Part shown: piece by piece, positions 58,793-64,000 of the stretch
Layout: the number at the start of each line of letters is the position of its first letter
Position numbering within the stretch: position 1 is the first letter of the stretch
Assembly: GCA_963691875.1 (NCBI GenBank)
Contig: OY829846.1
Coordinates: forward strand, 1,792,001-1,856,000
From: Aureliella sp.
Lineage (GTDB): Bacteria; Planctomycetota; Planctomycetia; Pirellulales; Pirellulaceae
Direction of reading: 5' to 3'
Length of the DNA stretch: 64,000 nt
The notes under the pieces: model-generated
Seen by the model: only the letters and a program-made list of their open reading frames with translations
Databases searched by the model: none
What the model was told of the DNA's origin: nothing
Translations under genes and position numbers: made by a program

Positions 58793-61456
58793 TTACTCGA
58801 CCACCGCCGCCCTTACCTTCAACCACTGAGTTTCGCCAAGAATCGATTCCTTGCCTTCGACAACTCGCATGAGCTTGAGTGTGTACAGCCCTGGTTCTAC
58901 GAGCGCGCCGAGCCGAGGACGTCGATCGGAGGCGTCCTGAGCGAGCGTTCTCAAATCCCATTGGAGCTGGTGAAAGCCTGCCTCACTCGGGCCTGGTAGC
59001 CTCCTAACAACGCGGCCGTCTTCGGACTCTATGAACAGCATGATTCTATTATTACCTCCCCCTTTAAGAAGGGCTTCAGGCAGGTAATAAGTCAATCGGC
59101 TACCGTAGACCGGATTCGGCATCGCGAAGTTGCCTGCCGCTGCCTCGGTGTACCCGTTCTCTGGGTAGACCCAAGCATCACGAGGTGCCATCAGATAACC
59201 TTCGCCGATTTCCTTTCCATCTCGAAGTTGCCGCAACGGACTGAGGTCATCCAGAATATAGAAACCTCGACCAAAGGTAGCCGCTACTAGGTCCTGTTCC
59301 TTGGGATGAATCACTAGATCGCGGAACGGAATGGTTGGAACTCCTTCTTCGAGTGGAATCCATTGGTCTCCCGCGTCGACACTGAAGAACAAACCGAACT
59401 CGGTGCCCGCAAATAGGAGGTCCTTACGCTCGAGGTCCTCGATGACGCACCAAACAAATCCTTGTATCGCACGGCCCGTTGCAATCGAAGTCCAGGTCTC
59501 GCCCAGGTCGGTGCTCTTCAGCAAGTAAGGCTTGAAGTCACCCCGCTGATAGTTGTTGATCGCGACGAAAACAGATTGAGATTCATGCTCAGAAGCACTG
59601 ATGTCCGAAACGTATGCCCCAGCCGGCACGCCAGGAAAACGCTCAATCCTCCGCCAGTTCGCTCCGCCATCCTCCGAAATCTGCACCAACCCATCGTCGG
59701 TGCCCACAAAGAGGAGTCCTTCTTTCAAGGGAGACTCATCCAGAGCCGTGATGACACTGAGAGCCGTAGTGAATTTGTCTTTTTGAACCGCGTTGTCGTC
59801 CCAGACTCTTCCCATGATCGGCAGTGCATCACCATCAAGGTCTAGTGTCAAATCGCCGCCGAGAGCTTGCCAGCTCTCCCCACGATCATCACTGCGAAAC
59901 AGCCGGTCCCCGGCGAAGTAAACACGCTGCGCCGAATGTGGACTGATCATCAGTGGTGCATCCCAGTGCCAGCGAAGCGGAGGTTCGTCATCAGGCAGCC
60001 GAGGACGGATACTTTTCGTTTGTCCGGTCCGTGTATCGGTTTTCGCCAAGTCTCCATTCTGCGATAGCGTATAGCGGATGTGCGGATCCTCGGGATCAAC
60101 ACAAGTCTGGAATCCATCACCGCCGCGCGTTCCGCTCCAGTCGCTCGTTCTAATTCCAACTCGATTCGCTGTTCGAGAGGGACCTACCATTGATCCGTTG
60201 TCCTGGGTGCCGCCATACACATTGTAGAATGGCTCGGCATTGTCTAACGCAACCCGATAAAGTTGCGAGGTAGGAAGATTGGTAAAGTGCCTCCAATTCA
60301 CGCCTTGATCAAAGGACTCGTACACTCCACCATCATTTCCGACCAGCATGTGTCTGGGATCGTCTGGATCGAAGACGATGGCGTGGTTATCTACATGCAT
60401 ATCCCAGCGCTGTCGCTTGAAGGTCTTACCGCCATCCTCGCTGAGGTGGATAAAGACATCGACAGTCCAGATGCGATCGAACTGATGCGGATCGGCGTAG
60501 ATCTCACCGTAGTACTGCGGGTCGATGACTTTGTAGTCACTTTGGCGCGTCCAGAATTCACCTCCATTCTCTGATCGAAAGAAACCCGATTCCTCGCCAG
60601 CCGCCGTGACCAAGGCATAAACAACACCTTGTTTCTGAGGCGAAACGGCCAGCGCGATGCGTCCCTTGTCGACCGTGGGAATTCCCTCCGTTAGCTTCTC
60701 CCACGTTTCACCTCCATCGGAAGTCTTGTAGATAGCCGACTCAGGGCCACCACCAATCAGTTGTCCGACTCGACGGCGCCGCTGGTAGGAGCTGGCATAA
60801 AGCACATCGGGATTGTACTGATCCATGACCAAGTCAGTCACACCCGTGTTAACACTGACTTGCAAGATCGCTTGCCAAGTCTTTCCACCATCCGCAGTTT
60901 TATAGACGCCTCGCTCTCCGCCGGCTGACCAAAGCGGTCCTTCTGCTGCAACGAACACAACATCGGAGTCACGCGGATCGATCACGATTTTTCCGATATG
61001 CTGAGAACCAACAAGTCCCACCCGAGTCCACGATTTTCCCGCATCGTCACTCTTGTAGACGCCGTCACCGAATCCAACACTTCGATTAGAGATATTTTCT
61101 CCCGTTCCCAGCCAGATGGTTTCCGAGTCTTTCGGATCCACGAGCACATAGCCGAGCGAGTACGATCCATCATCATCGAAGATGGGTGTCCAAGTGATTC
61201 CGGCGTTGGTGGTCTTCCACAGCCCACTCGAACCGTGCGCCACATACCAGGTGCTTCGGTTGTTTGGATCAACCGCAATCTCAGCGACTCGCGCCGGTTT
61301 GAAAGCAGGCCCCAGCGAACGAAGTTTTAGCGTCTGAGCCAACTGCTTTGCTTGCTCAACCGTGGTCTCTGCGAGACCGAAACTTGTCCGTTGCAATACA
61401 ACAGAGGAGTATACGATGATGACAAAGCAGAAAAAGCGAAGCGGATCGGTTCTCAT
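58793..61456 (-). CDS. VPS10/sortilin-like BNR (Asp-box) repeat protein, putative glycosyl hydrolase
   Basis: Many SxDxGxTW Asp boxes, HVDNH, GGTQDNGS, DLVAATFGRG; start uncertain. Confidence 0.9.
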   Translation of the reverse strand: MRTDPLRFFCFVIIVYSSVVLQRTSFGLAETTVEQAKQLAQTLKLRSLGPAFKPARVAEIAVDPNNRSTWYVAHGSSGLWKTTNAGITWTPIFDDDGSYSLGYVLVDPKDSETIWLGTGENISNRSVGFGDGVYKSDDAGKSWTRVGLVGSQHIGKIVIDPRDSDVVFVAAEGPLWSAGGERGVYKTADGGKTWQAILQVSVNTGVTDLVMDQYNPDVLYASSYQRRRRVGQLIGGGPESAIYKTSDGGETWEKLTEGIPTVDKGRIALAVSPQKQGVVYALVTAAGEESGFFRSENGGEFWTRQSDYKVIDPQYYGEIYADPHQFDRIWTVDVFIHLSEDGGKTFKRQRWDMHVDNHAIVFDPDDPRHMLVGNDGGVYESFDQGVNWRHFTNLPTSQLYRVALDNAEPFYNVYGGTQDNGSMVGPSRTANRVGIRTSDWSGTRGGDGFQTCVDPEDPHIRYTLSQNGDLAKTDTRTGQTKSIRPRLPDDEPPLRWHWDAPLMISPHSAQRVYFAGDRLFRSDDRGESWQALGGDLTLDLDGDALPIMGRVWDDNAVQKDKFTTALSVITALDESPLKEGLLFVGTDDGLVQISEDGGANWRRIERFPGVPAGAYVSDISASEHESQSVFVAINNYQRGDFKPYLLKSTDLGETWTSIATGRAIQGFVWCVIEDLERKDLLFAGTEFGLFFSVDAGDQWIPLEEGVPTIPFRDLVIHPKEQDLVAATFGRGFYILDDLSPLRQLRDGKEIGEGYLMAPRDAWVYPENGYTEAAAGNFAMPNPVYGSRLTYYLPEALLKGGGNNRIMLFIESEDGRVVRRLPGPSEAGFHQLQWDLRTLAQDASDRRPRLGALVEPGLYTLKLMRVVEGKESILGETQWLKVRAAVVE

Positions 61457-61709
61457 GCGGCAGCTCTCTCGTTGCTCTTTCTGGCTGAGGAACCCAAAAT
61501 CATCTGGGAACAAACTCCTCATTATCGCACAATTTAGCACGGCGATCATCGCGCGTTCGAAATTTACGTTCACGCAGCGATCTCTCGGCTTCTGAGCCAT
61601 TCCATTGCACCTCTGCACGGGGTTAAGTACACGCACAGAGATCGAAAGTAAGCCACACGCAGAGCTGCAGCGCTGCAGATTAAGGCAAGAGCCCTTCGAG
61701 TTACTCCGC

Positions 61710-62120
61710 TTATTGCGGTCTAGACTCTTCCCGAGGAAAGTATGTTGCGTTTGAAGAATCGCTTCGCGGCTTTGGTTGACCTGCGTTTTCCAATTTTACC
61801 TCCCTGCAAATTCCGATGGTATCCAAGAAGTCGCGATCGTGACTGACAATGAGGATAGCTCCCGTCCAGCTCCTCAAGGCGTCGCGGATTGCGGTGAGAC
61901 CAGCAAAGTCCAAGCCAACCGCCGATTCATCGAGAACGAGCAATTCGACTAACGGAGTTCGATGGAACAAACACATTAGAGTCGCACGTACTCTTTCACC
62001 TGGGCTAAGAGATTTCAGAGGACGTTCCGCCAGGCCAAAGGGAAATCGAGGGCAGAGCGAATATGTGGAGATCCTCGCCGCCCCCGATCCTCCGGTATGC
62101 TCGACGAGGAATTACTGTTA
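61710..62120 (-). pseudogene. C-terminal remnant of an ABC-F type ATP-binding protein
   Basis: LKSLSPGERVR...LLVLDESAVGLD...LIVSHDRDFL; no Walker A or N-terminus, and DEP has decayed to DES. Confidence 0.75.
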
Positions 62121-62315
62121 ACGCGTAAGCGGCCTGTTACCGGCTTTGCAGTAGAGTCAATACTTAGCGTTCATATTGAGCAAGATGGTATTGGTGATCC
62201 CTAAAGAACTTGAGAGAATCTTTGGACTTTGATTGGAGTTCTTCAAGTTATCGCGACATCACTGGCGATGAAAACTTGGTAGACCTGCACGTACTTCCGA
62301 GATCGCCGGGCGAAT

Positions 62316-63020
62316 ATGGAAACCTCACTACATCGCCAGCTCAAATTGCACTACGCTCCATCTGAGGAAGCAACGGAAGTCAATCTTGGTGACTTTCGCA
62401 TTGATGCGATTTCCGAGTCCAATGAGCTAATCGAAATCCAGCACGCGTCGCTCGGCGCTCTTCGCGACAAGACTCGAAAGTTACTGCGTTCCCGCAAACA
62501 CGAGGTACGGATCGTCAAGCCGATTGTCGCTCGTAAACGTTTGACAACGCTCACCGAGAAAGACGGCGAAGTGAAAAGAACGCGAATGAGCCCGAAACGT
62601 GGAGAGATCATTGATTTCTTCGACGATATGGTCCACTTCTCGAGTGTCTTTCCCAAGAAGCGTTTGACGCTGGAAATTGTGCTGATCGAGTCGGAAGAAA
62701 TTCGCGTCGACCGAGAAGCACGACGCTGGAAGCGGAAGAATTACAAGTGCTTGGACCAGTGTTTAGTAGACGTCATGGAGTCCTTTGAGCTTCGCACCAA
62801 TGCCGACTTGTTGAATCTACTTCCTGTCGAAAATTTACCACAGCCTTTTGACACAGCAGAACTCGCCTCCGCGATGCAGCGTCCTCGCTGGTTCGCCCAG
62901 AAAGTTGCTTATTGCCTGCGACACACGGGAGCTGCGAAGTTGGCAGGCAAACGCAGTCGAAGCCAACTCTACCGAATCCCCAAGCCTAGGAGGAAGAAGT
63001 CGGCGAGCCTAGCCGGCTAG
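62316..63020 (+). CDS. Conserved hypothetical protein, PD-(D/E)xK-like N-terminus and probable C-terminal winged helix
   Basis: ETSLHRQLK, RIDAI-x7-EIQ, PFDTAELA...AQKVAYCL. Confidence 0.7.
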   Translation: METSLHRQLKLHYAPSEEATEVNLGDFRIDAISESNELIEIQHASLGALRDKTRKLLRSRKHEVRIVKPIVARKRLTTLTEKDGEVKRTRMSPKRGEIIDFFDDMVHFSSVFPKKRLTLEIVLIESEEIRVDREARRWKRKNYKCLDQCLVDVMESFELRTNADLLNLLPVENLPQPFDTAELASAMQRPRWFAQKVAYCLRHTGAAKLAGKRSRSQLYRIPKPRRKKSASLAG

Positions 63021-63062
63021 GATGCTTAGTTTTCTTCGGTTACCGCACAGAACAACGCACCT

Positions 63063-64000
63063 CTATTTCTTCAAATGCTGACTTAGAATCTCAACGAGAG
63101 CATTACGTCGAAAAGGCTTGGGCAGTACGCCATCAAATCCTTTTGCCTTGAAATTGCTCATGATGGGATCCCGGTGATAACCCGAACACGCGAGTATCGG
63201 GACTTCAGCGTTAATCGCCCGGAGTTCGTGTAGGACCTCCGCACCGCCTCTGCCACCCTTGATACACAGATCAAGAATCATTAAGTCAATTGATTGGCCC
63301 TCCTGTTGCGCCAGATTTAAAACCTCAATAGCCTCATCGCCGTGAGTCGCTTCCAACACTTTATGCCCTAGCGACTCCAATAGCATGCGCACACCATGGC
63401 GAACGAGCGCTTCGTCTTCCAGCAACAAAATGCTTGAATTCGCTGAACCCTTCGGCTCCTGAGGCTCTTCATTGGCTGTAGCTTTCTCTGCACTAAGAGG
63501 AATTCGCACACGCGCCAACGCACCTCCGTCGCAGTTTTCGATCACAAGGCTTCCGTCATGACGCTTCAAAATATGGTAGGAGATAGTCAGACCGAGTCCA
63601 CTCCCATCTGCCTTCGATGTAAAGTATGGATCGAAGATGGATTCCAATTGCTCCTCCGGGATGCCTGTTCCTTCATCTTGAATCTCAACTTCAACTTGCT
63701 CTTCCGTACCGAAATCTGAATGTTTGTTGCTAGCGACTCTTAGCCGAACCATTCCGGCACCAGACATTGCCTGAGCCGCGTTCAGCAAAACATTGGAGAA
63801 AACTTGAGACATCTGGTCTGGGTCGACGCTCACCGCAATATCGAATTCTTGCGGCCGCCATTGCGTCGCGACATTCAATGGATCAAGAACCAGCGCTATA
63901 GACTTTTCGATTAATAACTTGAGGTTCGTCGGTCGACGTACAGGCGCACCGCCGTTGGAAAAGGCCAAAAGTTGTTTGGCAAGGGAGCGAGCTGAGTCAC
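63063..64000 (-). CDS. Hybrid sensor histidine kinase/response regulator (5' end outside window)
   Basis: QVFSNVLLNAAQAM, DEGTG, FDPYFTSK, GSGLGL, C-terminal receiver; frame is open to the window edge. Confidence 0.93.
   Translation of the reverse strand, partial: DSARSLAKQLLAFSNGGAPVRRPTNLKLLIEKSIALVLDPLNVATQWRPQEFDIAVSVDPDQMSQVFSNVLLNAAQAMSGAGMVRLRVASNKHSDFGTEEQVEVEIQDEGTGIPEEQLESIFDPYFTSKADGSGLGLTISYHILKRHDGSLVIENCDGGALARVRIPLSAEKATANEEPQEPKGSANSSILLLEDEALVRHGVRMLLESLGHKVLEATHGDEAIEVLNLAQQEGQSIDLMILDLCIKGGRGGAEVLHELRAINAEVPILACSGYHRDPIMSNFKAKGFDGVLPKPFRRNALVEILSQHLKK

Noticed and set aside
144..63020. Numerous 60-180 aa ORFs antisense to or overlapping the called genes
   Set aside because: Shadow ORFs of longer genes with clear motifs.

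Overview
Chromosomal window from what looks like a planctomycete (Pirellulaceae-like). The taxon is inferred from a DUF1559 prepilin-type protein, an LEPRxLLA-type signal, two arylsulfatases and RRAA C-termini. It holds mostly unlinked housekeeping and accessory genes: partial lpxA with a Gfo/Idh/MocA dehydrogenase, tRNA-Ser(GGA), tRNA-Glu(CTC), glcF, csrA, rhamnulokinase, trpF, a TetR-RND efflux operon, ComF, TrmK, a GGDEF/EAL protein and a large SdrD-B surface protein. Pseudogenes reconstructed by hand include an outer-membrane beta-barrel, an acyl-CoA dehydrogenase and an ABC-F remnant. Most notable: (i) an unexplained non-coding array of three ~105-bp units, each with a TCGGTAC-N3-GTACCGA palindrome, directly upstream of a PEP-CTERM gene; (ii) the adjacent cluster of a Wzz-like membrane protein, an ExeA ATPase with a ~700-aa acidic tail and a degenerate BY-kinase-like protein; (iii) two parS-like sites beside a beta-lactamase/PG-binding/DD-carboxypeptidase fusion gene; (iv) a tandem pair of RlaP-like nucleotidyltransferases; (v) a non-canonical tRNA-Ser that can fold 8/4; (vi) a RaSEA-like radical SAM gene. 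All assignments come from motif recognition by eye; no database searches were run.
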